The position numbers and the translations under genes are program-made. Under the pieces are notes generated by a model. That model had not been told where the DNA came from and made no database searches. It saw only the letters and a list, made by a program, of their open reading frames with translations. This document shows positions 29,606 through 40,183 of a stretch of 64,000 bases of DNA, piece after piece (the first letter of the stretch is position 1; each line of letters begins with the position of its first letter). The stretch spans positions 62,001-126,000 of IMG/VR virus record IMGVR_UViG_3300043418_000114; one strand, written 5' to 3'.

Positions 29606-30229
29606 ATGCGAAGCCTAAAACAATACATAATGGAAAGTGTAAAAACATACAATTACACTATCAAAATCGCCGGTGAAGTCGATAAAAACTGGGTAGACAT
29701 GTTCAAGCACAACTTGACCAAGTTTGACCCTGTGAAAATATCTGACCCAATCAGCACACCTATTCAAAAAGATCCATACGGATTTCCTAACGTATCTAAT
29801 CAGCCAGTGACTATCATTAAAGCTGAGTTTAGATATCCAGCAACTGAGCCAATGATTCAACAAATTGCACAGTTGTTAGGTTATAACCTAAACATGGTTC
29901 GAGTTATCGGCGCACAGTTCGACGATAGTATCAACAGTGAATCAGACGCATATGCAAATGAAATGAAGCATAGCCCAGTCCTAACTCATGAAGAATTAGA
30001 AGAACAACCTGGTGCTAAAGAAGCCAATAAAGCATACGCTGGATCATACTTGCAATCTATTAAAGATCAAATGCAAGGTTCAAAGATTGATATTCCATAT
30101 GCGGGTAACAAAACTCCAGATGCGTTTGATCCATTCAAGCCATATCTAGATGACAAGGCACAGGGTGACAATAGTCCTATGACTAAGATTACTCGTCCTC
30201 CAAAGCCACAAACTGGCGCTAATAAATAA
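29606..30229 (+). CDS. Hypothetical head-associated protein (start ATG 29606, MRSLKQYIME)
   Basis: Late box 29581, AGGA RBS. Confidence 0.6.
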   Translation: MRSLKQYIMESVKTYNYTIKIAGEVDKNWVDMFKHNLTKFDPVKISDPISTPIQKDPYGFPNVSNQPVTIIKAEFRYPATEPMIQQIAQLLGYNLNMVRVIGAQFDDSINSESDAYANEMKHSPVLTHEELEEQPGAKEANKAYAGSYLQSIKDQMQGSKIDIPYAGNKTPDAFDPFKPYLDDKAQGDNSPMTKITRPPKPQTGANK

Positions 30230-30247
30230 TTCAAAGGAATAATTGAA

Positions 30248-32371
30248 ATGAATTTCAAAGACATGCTAGCAAAAATGAGCCAGTTGAGCGAGGCTACTAA
30301 AGAAGTCAAGGGTGGCAAGATTCACACCGCTGACGCAGGTGGATATGGTCGTAAAGTCGATGCTTCAGGCGATGACGACGAGCCAAAGAAGAAACGTGGT
30401 GGTCAAGAGAAAGACTCTGGTCCTAAGTTCGATGCACCTACAAAGGGTGATATCTTCGGTCGTACTTCTGGAGAAGCTCCAAAAGGTAAAGAAGGTAGAA
30501 AAGTTACGCCTATCAAAGACGGCGATAGCAAAGATGATGGTACAGGTGACGAGCCAAAAGCTAAAAAAGGATTGAAAGAGTATTTCGATTCTCTAGATAA
30601 AGCGTTGAATGAAGCTGACCAGATTCAAATCAAACCAGCATCACAAATGCCTAAGCAACCAGGTCAAACCTCATTAGGCGCTAAACCAGTTCAACCAGGT
30701 CAACCACAACAAGTTGCTGGTCAACCACAAAAGAATACTCAAGTTATCGCACAAGGTAACAAGACATTAGGTACAGTTGATAACCCACAATTAGCACAAC
30801 AGATTAAGCAATCTATTGGCAAGGGTGAAATGACATTGATGCCAGGCGAAGCAATGGCAGAAGGTGAAGACGAAGGTAAACCAGGTAAGAACTTTGCAAA
30901 GATTGCCAAGTCTGCCGCAAAACACTATGGATCAAAAGCCGCAGGTGAACGTGTAGCTGGCGCAGTTCGTGCTAAGTTAATGAAGGCAGGCAAGATCAAA
31001 GAAGCTGAAATCCCATCACATGATGGCGATGAAGGTGCTAACTTAGGTGCCGGCCGCAGTGATGCATTCTTAGAAAGTGCTAAACCAGACTTCTTGGATA
31101 TGGACAAAGACGGCAACAAGAAAGAATCTTTCAAGAAAGCAGTTGCTGATAAAAAGAAAGTTAAAGAAAGTATGGACAATAGATTAAAGGCGGCACATCA
31201 CGAAGGTCGTGCCCATGGTCTAACTGGTAAGCCACACTGTGGTAAGAACTATGATGACATGGAAGAAGCACGTATGTATCACGAAGGATACAAACAAGGA
31301 TTGGACGAATGTCACGGTCAGATGCCTATCCAAGGTTATGTTGGCGAGAACAACACAGAAGTTGACGATATGGCAAGTTTCGGCGCTCATACTCCAGCTA
31401 TGGAAGATGAATTCGACGAAGGCAATGCTTTCACTCGTAAGCTAGCTACTACACCAGCTGGTGGTTCATTCAAACTAGGTGGCAAGTCATTCACTGATAA
31501 CTCTGGCTATGACGCTAAAGTGTTTGAATCATGGGATAATCAATTGAATTCTCTATTGACTGAGTATAACACAATTCAAGAAGGTTTGAGTGTTTCTATT
31601 TCTAAAGGTCAAGAAGGTGCACCTGATTCAGTATCAGTAACAGCACAAGATGGCGAAGCAGAACAATTACTACAGTTCATTAAACAAGCTGGCCTAGGTA
31701 TCTTCGGTGGTGAAGAACAAGCTCAAGTTGGCACATCAAGTCCAATGTCCGTGGCTACTGATGGTGAACCAGCTCAAACTGGCGCCAATGGTATCGAACT
31801 AGATGTTGTTGATGATCATGATGGCATGATGGATTTGATCAAGAAAGTAACTGGCGGTCAAGCACAATCAGGTCCTGCACAAGGCTTTGGTGACTCTGGC
31901 GAAGATGAACACGATCATGATCACGAACACACTGACGAAGAAACATGCAACGAATGTGGCATGATGGAATGCGAATGTGAAGCTGACGACAAAGAGCAAG
32001 TTGATGAAGTTGAATCAGAAGACCAAATGGAATATGAAGTAGCAGAAGACAATGCTCCTGATTCTGGTGCAACTGATACTAACTTAGAAGATCAAGATGA
32101 CCAAGAAGCGAACGCATCGGCTGCCGCATATGATCAAGCTCAAGATGAAGAACAAGTTGAAGAATCATTTGCCAATAGTGCAGACGACACATTCGAATCT
32201 GATATTGACTTTATGACTAAGGTTATCTCAGGTGGCTTGAACAAGCAGAAGTCTACAGGTCAGACAACAATTCCAGTTGTTGCTAGTCAATTAAATCGTA
32301 CTGTATCAGAATCAAAGATGATTAATGAATCAGTATCTGATTGGAAGAAACTAGCTGGCATTAAATCATAA
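30248..32371 (+). CDS. Large acidic low-complexity modular protein, probable internal head/core protein
   Basis: Many (L/I/V/F)-x-E junctions, EF-hand-like DMDKDGNKKE, His/Cys acidic tract, C-terminal WKKLAGIK. Confidence 0.55.
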   Translation: MNFKDMLAKMSQLSEATKEVKGGKIHTADAGGYGRKVDASGDDDEPKKKRGGQEKDSGPKFDAPTKGDIFGRTSGEAPKGKEGRKVTPIKDGDSKDDGTGDEPKAKKGLKEYFDSLDKALNEADQIQIKPASQMPKQPGQTSLGAKPVQPGQPQQVAGQPQKNTQVIAQGNKTLGTVDNPQLAQQIKQSIGKGEMTLMPGEAMAEGEDEGKPGKNFAKIAKSAAKHYGSKAAGERVAGAVRAKLMKAGKIKEAEIPSHDGDEGANLGAGRSDAFLESAKPDFLDMDKDGNKKESFKKAVADKKKVKESMDNRLKAAHHEGRAHGLTGKPHCGKNYDDMEEARMYHEGYKQGLDECHGQMPIQGYVGENNTEVDDMASFGAHTPAMEDEFDEGNAFTRKLATTPAGGSFKLGGKSFTDNSGYDAKVFESWDNQLNSLLTEYNTIQEGLSVSISKGQEGAPDSVSVTAQDGEAEQLLQFIKQAGLGIFGGEEQAQVGTSSPMSVATDGEPAQTGANGIELDVVDDHDGMMDLIKKVTGGQAQSGPAQGFGDSGEDEHDHDHEHTDEETCNECGMMECECEADDKEQVDEVESEDQMEYEVAEDNAPDSGATDTNLEDQDDQEANASAAAYDQAQDEEQVEESFANSADDTFESDIDFMTKVISGGLNKQKSTGQTTIPVVASQLNRTVSESKMINESVSDWKKLAGIKS

Positions 32372-32388
32372 TTAAAGCCTAGCTCACT

Positions 32389-32418
32389 AAATACCCGACT
32401 TCGGTCGGGTATTTTTTT
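32389..32418 (+). terminator. Rho-independent terminator with UUCG loop
   Basis: AAATACCCGAC-TTCG-GTCGGGTATTTTTTT. Confidence 0.9.
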
Positions 32419-32458
32419 GATTGGGAAAATGATAAATACGTCATAAGGTTATTATATC

Positions 32459-33310
32459 ATGTCCCAACAAAACATTGACTTTGGATCATTTCCAAACGAT
32501 CCATCAGCGGATTCTATCCAGACTGCATTTCAGAAAGCAAACACGAACTTTACACAGTTGTTTGCCGCCAGTACAAGCACAGCAGTTACATCGATCAACC
32601 GAACCCCAGGCGCAGGCATTACTGTAAATCAGTCAACTGGCAACGTTGTGCTATCTGCGAGTATTGCATGTGTTCAGGTAGCTACCAGCTCATTAAGCAT
32701 AGGTCGCAATGGCAACGGAGGCACTAGTGCTTCTATTACACAATCTAGCAGTCAAACACTGGTTATTGACATTAACCCAGATTTAGTTCAATCAAATAGC
32801 TTTGCCGCAGTAGGTGGAGGATTAGCTGGGTTCAACGGAACACTTAGTGCCGCATCTAGCGCACAACCAAACGTTACTAGTCTTGGTAATTTATTAGTCG
32901 CCAACGTTACTGGCAACTTGATTGCAGGCAATATCACTGCGAATGCGAATATCGACGCTAACGTTGTTACAGCAAACTACATTACTTCTAATAGTTTTGT
33001 TATCAAGTCAGTTGGAACAACAATTACTGCAACTGGCACAGTGCAATCGGATGCTACTCCATTAACTAAATCTATCAACGTTGTTTCATCAGCCGCAGTT
33101 GGTACAGGAGTTGTCTTGCCAACAGCTACTGCTGGTATGACTATTTACATTACCAACACTAGTGCTAATACGATCAACGTTTATCCAGCAGTCGGTGCAT
33201 CTATTAACACAGGCGCATCTAACGCATCAGTGAGTTTGAGTTCGAACGTAACTACTCAGTTCATCGCTCCATCTGCAACACAGTGGTTCACTGTGGCAAA
33301 TCTATCTTAA
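32459..33310 (+). CDS. Baseplate/fibre-associated structural protein
   Basis: IDFGSFPNDPSADSIQTAFQKANTNFTQL resembles gp9/gp10-type N-termini; Ser/Thr-rich. Confidence 0.6.
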   Translation: MSQQNIDFGSFPNDPSADSIQTAFQKANTNFTQLFAASTSTAVTSINRTPGAGITVNQSTGNVVLSASIACVQVATSSLSIGRNGNGGTSASITQSSSQTLVIDINPDLVQSNSFAAVGGGLAGFNGTLSAASSAQPNVTSLGNLLVANVTGNLIAGNITANANIDANVVTANYITSNSFVIKSVGTTITATGTVQSDATPLTKSINVVSSAAVGTGVVLPTATAGMTIYITNTSANTINVYPAVGASINTGASNASVSLSSNVTTQFIAPSATQWFTVANLS

Positions 33311-33318
33311 GGAAAATC

Positions 33319-33942
33319 ATGCAAGTTACATTAGACTTATTACAGCACATGTGTCCACGAACAAAGACTTCTATACTAGAATCTTATGTTGAACCATTAA
33401 ACACAGTGGCAGAATATTATGAAATGACTGCCAACCCAGCAAGATTAGCAGGATTTTTAGCTCAAGTAGCACATGAGTCAGGTGGATTCGTGGCAGTTAA
33501 AGAAAACCTAAACTATAGTGCCAAAGGATTGATGGGAATCTTTAAGAAGTATTTTCCAGACGAAGCAACAGCTAAAGCATACGAACGTCAACCAGAAAAG
33601 ATTGCAAACAAAGTATATGCCAATCGAATGAACAATGGCGATGAAGCAAGTGGCGATGGCTATCGTTTCTGTGGTCGTGGTTTGATCCAATTAACAGGTC
33701 GTGCCAACTATACAAAGTTTGCCGCTGACCTAGGCATGAGTATCGAAGACACAGTTGCCTACTTAGAAACACCTAACGGTGCAGTAGCTAGTGCTGGCTG
33801 GTTCTGGGACAATAATAACTTGAATCAATATTGCGATGCCAATGATTTCGTGACGCTAACTAAGCGTATAAATGGTGGAACTATCGGCATAGAAGATAGA
33901 AAACATCATTTCGATATCGCAATGCACTACTTACAGGGTTAA
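33319..33942 (+). CDS. Glycoside hydrolase family 19 endolysin
   Basis: FLAQVAHESGGF, ENLNYS, GRGLIQLTG, TKRINGG. Confidence 0.92.
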   Translation: MQVTLDLLQHMCPRTKTSILESYVEPLNTVAEYYEMTANPARLAGFLAQVAHESGGFVAVKENLNYSAKGLMGIFKKYFPDEATAKAYERQPEKIANKVYANRMNNGDEASGDGYRFCGRGLIQLTGRANYTKFAADLGMSIEDTVAYLETPNGAVASAGWFWDNNNLNQYCDANDFVTLTKRINGGTIGIEDRKHHFDIAMHYLQG

Positions 33943-33943
33943 T

Positions 33944-36604
33944 ATGGCACAACCAATCTGGAATACACCCGCTGGAGCGTTAGGAACATACCCATATGGT
34001 GTTCCTATGTCTATACAATTATCTGTCACACCAGTGTCTCCTGGTGTGTTTATAACATATGCTCTCATCAGTGGATCATTGCCAGCTGGCGTGACATTAA
34101 CTGCAAATGGATTAATATCAGGTACTCCAAGTTTAGTAACTGAATCAATTACCAGTTTCTTTACAATTCGTGCCACTGACGACTTGGGTAATATCAGAGA
34201 TAGAACATTCACAATGGTGATAAGTGGTTCAGCAGTGCCTAAATTTGCCACACCAGAGGGTAGCATTCTAAGCACACAAGATAGCATTTGGGTACAGTAC
34301 AATGTACTTGTAAATAATCCATTTTCTGCTAACGAAGTTATCATTGAACTACGTGAAGGATTGTTGCCGCCAGGATTAGAAATCACCTTAGATGGTGTGA
34401 TCAGAGGCTATGCAAATCCACCTACAATCAACGTAACATTGCCAACTATTATAACGACTGGCAGTGTTACTAGTGCATCTGACAATTCAATAACGTGTTT
34501 GAGTACAAACAATTTTACTGTTGGTCGCGCAATCGTCTTTACAGATTCTTTTGGCAATATTACAGACGGTGTAACATACTATATTAAAAACATTTTAACT
34601 AGTACAACATTCACCATTTCAGCTACACAGGATGGCCCAGTATATCCTATGATAGATGGCTCTGGCATCATGACTATTACTTTGCCAGCAACATCAGTGG
34701 GTGAGCCAACGATTCGTACTTATTCATTTACATTGCAGTTATCTAGTCCTCTTGGCAATGACACTGCAACATATTCGATAACTGTCATTAATCAAAACAC
34801 ACCTGTGGCACAGGGAGGACCTGGTAAGCCACCTAATACACGTGTGCCAGTGTTATTAAACACTAGACCAAAGACGATTGTAATACCAAGTACTGATCCA
34901 TATTATGGCTATTACGTATTACCACCAGTTGCACCAGCTCAAACCGCATCATTTGGTATGATTGAGTCTGGTGACACATTTGCAATCAAATTGATAGGAA
35001 ATGATTTTGACAGTGATGTTGTAAAATACTCTTATGGTGATTTGCCTGCTGGCGTTATTGGAGATCCAGATACGGGATGGATTTCTGGAATGATCACACT
35101 ATCATCACCGAGTGTAAGTAAATATGACTTCACTGCGGCAGTTTATAAGAAAGATAATCCATCTATTATCAGTCAGTATTATAACTATGCATTTACCATT
35201 TACTATAATGATCCTGTAGTTAGAGGTATCATCACTTGGATTACCAACAGTAATCTAGGAACTGTGAATAATGGTTCAGTTAGTACAATTAGTATAGTTG
35301 CAGAATCTGATACAGCCCTGCAATATCGAATTGTCAATGGTAATTTGCCTCCTAACTTGACATTGAGTAGTACTGGTGACATTTTAGGTAAAGTAGCCAT
35401 TCAACCTACGGCTGAATTATTAAGTCAAGGCGACTCATCCACCTTTACTTTTACAGTAGAAGCATACTCGCCGCAGTTTGGCGTTGTAACTTCCACAAAA
35501 ACGTTTACGTTGGAAGTGCTACAGCAATATAGCCAGCCTACTGATATATTGTATATGAAAGCGACTCCTAGTATTGCAGATAGACTATTGCTTGATTCAT
35601 TGCTAAACAACGATGCTTTAATTCCACCATCGGTAATCTATCGACCAGATGATATTTACTTTGGAAAAGCATCAAGTGTTATATACGAACATGCTTATGG
35701 CATTCATGCTAGTGATATTGATGAATACATTGCCGCAGTGACTAAAAATCACTATTGGAGAAATATTACTCTAGGTGAGTTAAAGACCGCAGTGGCTAGA
35801 GATAGCTCAGGTAATGTGATATATGAAGTTGTGTATAGTTCGATTGTTGATAATTTGGTAAGTCCAACTTATTCTAATTTCTCAGCAACCAGTATGGTCG
35901 CAGGTAAGACATACACTATTATCAATATTGGTACTACTGACTTTACCTTAGCAGGATCTCCAGATAATAAGCCTGGCACCATTTTTACAGCTACTGGTCC
36001 TACACTAGGCACGGGTACGGTCAGTACCATCGTTAAGACGACAAGTATAAGTGAAGAAATTTACTGGGATAGATTAATTGATTTGAATTTAGGCCCATGG
36101 TATGACAGTATGGAAAACATCTATACTAGTTTTGAAAAAGAGCCTCCTATTCTAGGTCAAGAATATTATACCAGCCTGACACCAGGTTATGCTCGTTTAC
36201 TATATCCAAACAGTTTACCTAACATGCGTCAACGTGTTTCTCAGGTATTAGGTCAAGAATACGATAGTAAACTATTGCCATTGTGGATGACTAGTCAACA
36301 ACGAGATGGCTCGACTCTTGGATATACCCAAGCATGGGTAATCTGCTACACAAAGCCAAATTATGCAGAGACTGTAAAGAATAACATTGAAACTAATTGG
36401 CCAGGTAAACTAAACATGATTAACTTCCAATTGGATAGATTCTCAGTGGACAAGAGCGATACATATGACTACGACAAGAATTTAAGTCCGCCAGCATGGA
36501 CTGGATTGCCAAGTGCAACTCCAACTCCTACGCCACTTGATAGTAAAGACTTCTATGTGTTATTCCCACGACAAACTATTTTGCCTGACGAGACACAATA
36601 CTAA
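33944..36604 (+). CDS. Large virion protein with repeated putative Ig-like domains (baseplate region)
   Basis: Repeated GSLPAGVTL...GLISGTP / GLLPPGL / GNLPPNLTL...G units. Confidence 0.7.
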   Translation: MAQPIWNTPAGALGTYPYGVPMSIQLSVTPVSPGVFITYALISGSLPAGVTLTANGLISGTPSLVTESITSFFTIRATDDLGNIRDRTFTMVISGSAVPKFATPEGSILSTQDSIWVQYNVLVNNPFSANEVIIELREGLLPPGLEITLDGVIRGYANPPTINVTLPTIITTGSVTSASDNSITCLSTNNFTVGRAIVFTDSFGNITDGVTYYIKNILTSTTFTISATQDGPVYPMIDGSGIMTITLPATSVGEPTIRTYSFTLQLSSPLGNDTATYSITVINQNTPVAQGGPGKPPNTRVPVLLNTRPKTIVIPSTDPYYGYYVLPPVAPAQTASFGMIESGDTFAIKLIGNDFDSDVVKYSYGDLPAGVIGDPDTGWISGMITLSSPSVSKYDFTAAVYKKDNPSIISQYYNYAFTIYYNDPVVRGIITWITNSNLGTVNNGSVSTISIVAESDTALQYRIVNGNLPPNLTLSSTGDILGKVAIQPTAELLSQGDSSTFTFTVEAYSPQFGVVTSTKTFTLEVLQQYSQPTDILYMKATPSIADRLLLDSLLNNDALIPPSVIYRPDDIYFGKASSVIYEHAYGIHASDIDEYIAAVTKNHYWRNITLGELKTAVARDSSGNVIYEVVYSSIVDNLVSPTYSNFSATSMVAGKTYTIINIGTTDFTLAGSPDNKPGTIFTATGPTLGTGTVSTIVKTTSISEEIYWDRLIDLNLGPWYDSMENIYTSFEKEPPILGQEYYTSLTPGYARLLYPNSLPNMRQRVSQVLGQEYDSKLLPLWMTSQQRDGSTLGYTQAWVICYTKPNYAETVKNNIETNWPGKLNMINFQLDRFSVDKSDTYDYDKNLSPPAWTGLPSATPTPTPLDSKDFYVLFPRQTILPDETQY

Positions 36605-36630
36605 ATATAACATTAACGGACATTAAAAAG

Positions 36631-37671
36631 ATGAGTACAATCAACACAAACGGCATTAACGTAAATTATCCAGTGCCTGGCGTCAATAACAATAGTCAAG
36701 GTTTCAGAGACAATTTTGCCTCTATCAAGACTAATTTGGACCAAGCGGCAACTGAAATTACCGACCTACAGAACAATGTAGTCGTTAAAAATGCATTAAC
36801 GAACACTGTTGTCAATAATGACATGGGCAATACGCTAATTAGCAATGCGGCAACTCGTGGATTCAGGGCTACTACCTACAATCTAGGCAATGATATTAGC
36901 GGCACATTGTCGATTGACGTTTCATTAGGTGACGTACAATATGGAACAATTGCTGGCAATACCGTTCTACAATTTAGATCATGGGCACCAACTGGAACAC
37001 AATCTAATGTTCAGCTACTATTGAGTGTTTCAAATTCTAGCGCCGCAATTAGTTTCCCAACCGCATTGCCAATTTCCAGCGATTCGGGTGCAACAACTCT
37101 AGAGAATTTTAGCAACGTAGGCGGAATTCCAACTGTAACAGTGCCATATGGTGTTACTGAATTGGATTATAGAATCAGTACTATCGATTGTGGAACAACT
37201 CTGTCAATTGAGCCAATCAATCGTCCTACTCAGTCTACTCAAATTCAAGTTCGTACACCAGCTAGTACTGGTTTCTTAGGCGATGTGCAAGGTGACGTTT
37301 GCGTGGATGCCAATTACTTGTATGTTGCCACTGGAAACTTTAATTCAGCAGTGGTAGGACCAAAGACTAGTGTAAGTTCATCGTCTGTTACTAATGAACT
37401 AGTGCTGAACAACCTTACCAGCCTTGTAGCAAACGCACCGATTGTATTCACTGGCACTCCATTTGGTGGATTAGTGGCGAATCAAGTATATTATATCAAG
37501 TCAATCGTTGGCGGCAATACTAGTATCACTTTGAGTGCAACCCGTAGTTCTGGCACAGCTGGATCAACTCTTGCATTAACTACTGCCACACCTGCTATTG
37601 GAACCAATATGTACGCAACTAGTTACAATGGCACTGATATCTGGAAAAGAATTGCACTGACTAGCTTCTAA
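36631..37671 (+). CDS. Baseplate/tail fibre structural protein
   Basis: YPVPGVNNNSQGFRDNF N-terminus, WKRIALTSF C-terminus. Confidence 0.65.
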   Translation: MSTINTNGINVNYPVPGVNNNSQGFRDNFASIKTNLDQAATEITDLQNNVVVKNALTNTVVNNDMGNTLISNAATRGFRATTYNLGNDISGTLSIDVSLGDVQYGTIAGNTVLQFRSWAPTGTQSNVQLLLSVSNSSAAISFPTALPISSDSGATTLENFSNVGGIPTVTVPYGVTELDYRISTIDCGTTLSIEPINRPTQSTQIQVRTPASTGFLGDVQGDVCVDANYLYVATGNFNSAVVGPKTSVSSSSVTNELVLNNLTSLVANAPIVFTGTPFGGLVANQVYYIKSIVGGNTSITLSATRSSGTAGSTLALTTATPAIGTNMYATSYNGTDIWKRIALTSF

Positions 37672-37682
37672 TAAATAGACTC

Positions 37683-37907
37683 ATGGAACATCCTTTTTTA
37701 CCTGATCTATCCGAAAAGACTGTAGAAGAACTACAGACTACCATGACTGATTTAACTAGCAAACTAACCTTTGCTTATAGAATGCAGAATCAGCCGTTAG
37801 TTCACCAACTTCAAATGGTTATTGAGGGTTATAAAAAGGAATATTCCAAAAAGATGAACGAGATATTCGACAAACAGAATATCCAAAATAAAATTAACAT
37901 CAAATAA
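37683..37907 (+). CDS. Hypothetical protein
   Basis: 74-aa ORF, TAAATA 5 nt before ATG. Confidence 0.65.
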   Translation: MEHPFLPDLSEKTVEELQTTMTDLTSKLTFAYRMQNQPLVHQLQMVIEGYKKEYSKKMNEIFDKQNIQNKINIK

Positions 37908-37908
37908 C

Positions 37909-38499
37909 ATGACTTCTATTGAACGTGAATTTGACCTACGTGCATGTGTGCATTTTGAAGATAAATTTCTAATAAACTATTATTCATTAGTTTGTTCAAT
38001 GAACGTTGAGACAGAATCTATCAAAGAGCAAAACATTGCGATGGATAGAATTAAATGCTTACTGGAAGAATGCCTGGCAAATGGAGTCTTTATTCAAGAT
38101 TCCGAAAAGAAAGCCATTGAAAAGTACACGACTGCTGGAATGAAAGTATGTACTTTGCCAGAAGAACCATACGATCAGATTACAGCATTGATGTTATTCC
38201 ACAAACTCAATGCAATCACAGAAGGTAGACTAGACGTTACTTCTCTTGCCCTAGATTCTGTGTTGGGTGATGGCGTTAGATTTATATATGATGCAGAAAA
38301 TGCAGAGCATCCATATAAGTCAGGATGGTGGAACGAATCAGGCCCATCCATTACTACAACAGTGTCTAATAAAAAAGACAAAATCGTTAAGCTAGTAAAA
38401 CAAGCTGATTGGTCAGCATATGAGCTAGATTGGAAACAACAACCAGTCAAGTCATCAGAAATTATTTTTGCACAGGATTTGGACAAAGGACAACCGTAA
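37909..38499 (+). CDS. Hypothetical protein
   Basis: 196-aa ORF in operon. Confidence 0.7.
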   Translation: MTSIEREFDLRACVHFEDKFLINYYSLVCSMNVETESIKEQNIAMDRIKCLLEECLANGVFIQDSEKKAIEKYTTAGMKVCTLPEEPYDQITALMLFHKLNAITEGRLDVTSLALDSVLGDGVRFIYDAENAEHPYKSGWWNESGPSITTTVSNKKDKIVKLVKQADWSAYELDWKQQPVKSSEIIFAQDLDKGQP

Positions 38500-38503
38500 A
38501 CAC

Positions 38504-38532
38504 TTGAATCTTAGTACTTTTTGTGACAAAAT
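38504..38532 (+). promoter_or_regulatory. Weak sigma70-like promoter, leaderless mRNA predicted
   Basis: TTGAAT-N17-CAAAAT with TG extension; ATG 6 nt downstream. Confidence 0.45.
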
Positions 38533-38538
38533 AGCACA

Positions 38539-39048
38539 ATGCGTACTGATATTTACGGACAACCTATCTTAAATGAAAATGACTTGTGTGACCTGTTCCT
38601 ACAGGATCCTACACGCATAATCAAACATGCATACGTCGAAGACAGTATTAACTTTGACGATTCGATTATTAATACAGAGAATCTCCCTCGTCTTGAGAAA
38701 TACATGGATATTGGAATATCCGTAACAGAATTCGACCAAATCAATCAATCTAACTGGCATATGCCAGAATCATATAAAACATTTGATATTGCCAAATACG
38801 TTTTAGATAAGTGTACAACAGAAGAAGAACTCCAGCGCACTGGCGATGAACTACTTAAATTCCAAGAACGTGATATGTTTGTACTACTCAGATATCTTAA
38901 GTTTTTGGTAGACACCATGCGTGAGAATAATGTCGTGTGGGGTGTTGGACGAGGTAGTAGCGTTTCCAGTTATGTATTGTATTTGCTGGAAGTACACAGG
39001 ATAAATAGTCTCTACTATCAATTATCAATTGATGAGTTTTTAAAATAA
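38539..39048 (+). CDS. dnaE: Stand-alone fragment of family C DNA polymerase (Pol III alpha, palm GRGS segment)
   Basis: VVWGVGRGSSVSSYVLYLLEVHRINSLYYQL matches DnaE GPGRGS..GSLVAY.LGIT.IDP. Confidence 0.85.
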   Translation: MRTDIYGQPILNENDLCDLFLQDPTRIIKHAYVEDSINFDDSIINTENLPRLEKYMDIGISVTEFDQINQSNWHMPESYKTFDIAKYVLDKCTTEEELQRTGDELLKFQERDMFVLLRYLKFLVDTMRENNVVWGVGRGSSVSSYVLYLLEVHRINSLYYQLSIDEFLK

Positions 39049-39057
39049 GGAAACAAA

Positions 39058-39456
39058 ATGGGTATACATCGCACAGCAATGGGCAGAGCAGTGGACATGA
39101 GTGCTTTGCAAGCAAAAAATGAAAAAGTTCGAGCAGTCGGTAACATGGGCGTGAACGCACGTGGCGACACAATTGATGGCAACGGTAAAGTAATTGTTCC
39201 AGTCACTAATAAAGTGAATAACAATTATGCACAGACTGTAGGCAATCGTGGTGCAAATCAAACTCGTGGCGTGGTTAGAGTGCCGCTACAACCTGATGCA
39301 CAAAAAGCACCGCCACCTCCTGTAGTTGTACCAGAAGAACCAATGGAACTAACAGAGGCAGAAATGGCAATGGAAGCTGAATTCGATGACGATGAATTGA
39401 CTGAACAGATCAAGAAAATGGAAATCGAACAGCAACAGAAAAAAGGAAAGAAATGA
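39058..39456 (+). CDS. Hypothetical protein
   Basis: RAVGNMGVNARGD core; RBS. Confidence 0.7.
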   Translation: MGIHRTAMGRAVDMSALQAKNEKVRAVGNMGVNARGDTIDGNGKVIVPVTNKVNNNYAQTVGNRGANQTRGVVRVPLQPDAQKAPPPPVVVPEEPMELTEAEMAMEAEFDDDELTEQIKKMEIEQQQKKGKK

Positions 39457-39830
39457 TCGAACACGTTAAACCAGCATTTAGTCCTACTAAAGTAGATAAA
39501 CTAACATTCATGCGTGACCACATTATTGTGTCAGACATGAAGTTTGAAGACCGCATTACTAAAGGTGGCATCATCTTGATGAATGACGATAAAAAGTCAG
39601 CGGGTATTCGTCCACGTTGGGCAAAAGTATATGGTTTAGGACCAGACTATAAAGAAGATTTGATTCAAATCGGCAAATGGATTCTTATCAGTCATGGTCG
39701 TTGGACACGCGGTATCACAGTTGATACTCCTTTGGGTGAAGTCACGTTGCGTAAAGTAGATCCTAAAGATATACTACTTGTGTCGGATACGCCGATGGAT
39801 GATGAAACAATGAGTACACAGGTATATTAA
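39453..39830 (+). CDS. groES: Co-chaperonin GroES-like
   Basis: RITKGGIIL mobile loop, AKVYGLGP, KDILLV. Confidence 0.8.
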   Translation: MIEHVKPAFSPTKVDKLTFMRDHIIVSDMKFEDRITKGGIILMNDDKKSAGIRPRWAKVYGLGPDYKEDLIQIGKWILISHGRWTRGITVDTPLGEVTLRKVDPKDILLVSDTPMDDETMSTQVY

Positions 39831-40183
39831 TGTTTAAATGGTTTGATAATTGGTTTGCTAAAAAGTGCAAACAAGCATGGGAAGATTCTCAAAATTCTGA
39901 AAAAGAATATGCAGAAGATCGTCCACTAGTTCCTCGACTTGGCCCTCCTCGCAATCGCAATCGTGTAGGCCTAGCCACAGCGGGCTCAATGGATAGCATG
40001 GAGTTGCAATCCCATAGTACTACGTTTAAAATGTATCAAGCAAACGGTGGCACTGTTATTGAATTGCGTCATTTTGACGATCATAAAGAACAGTGGGATT
40101 CGTCATTGCACATTATCCCTAGCGGCGAAGACTTTGGCAAAGCTATCGAACACATTATTACATATGAGGCACTAAAACGATGA
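39830..40183 (+). CDS. Hypothetical protein
   Basis: 117-aa ORF, overlapping start/stop with neighbours. Confidence 0.7.
   Translation: MFKWFDNWFAKKCKQAWEDSQNSEKEYAEDRPLVPRLGPPRNRNRVGLATAGSMDSMELQSHSTTFKMYQANGGTVIELRHFDDHKEQWDSSLHIIPSGEDFGKAIEHIITYEALKR

Noticed and set aside
29095-32459. Missing terminase large subunit, portal and major capsid genes as an anomaly
   Set aside because: The window covers only part of a large genome; these genes may simply lie outside it.
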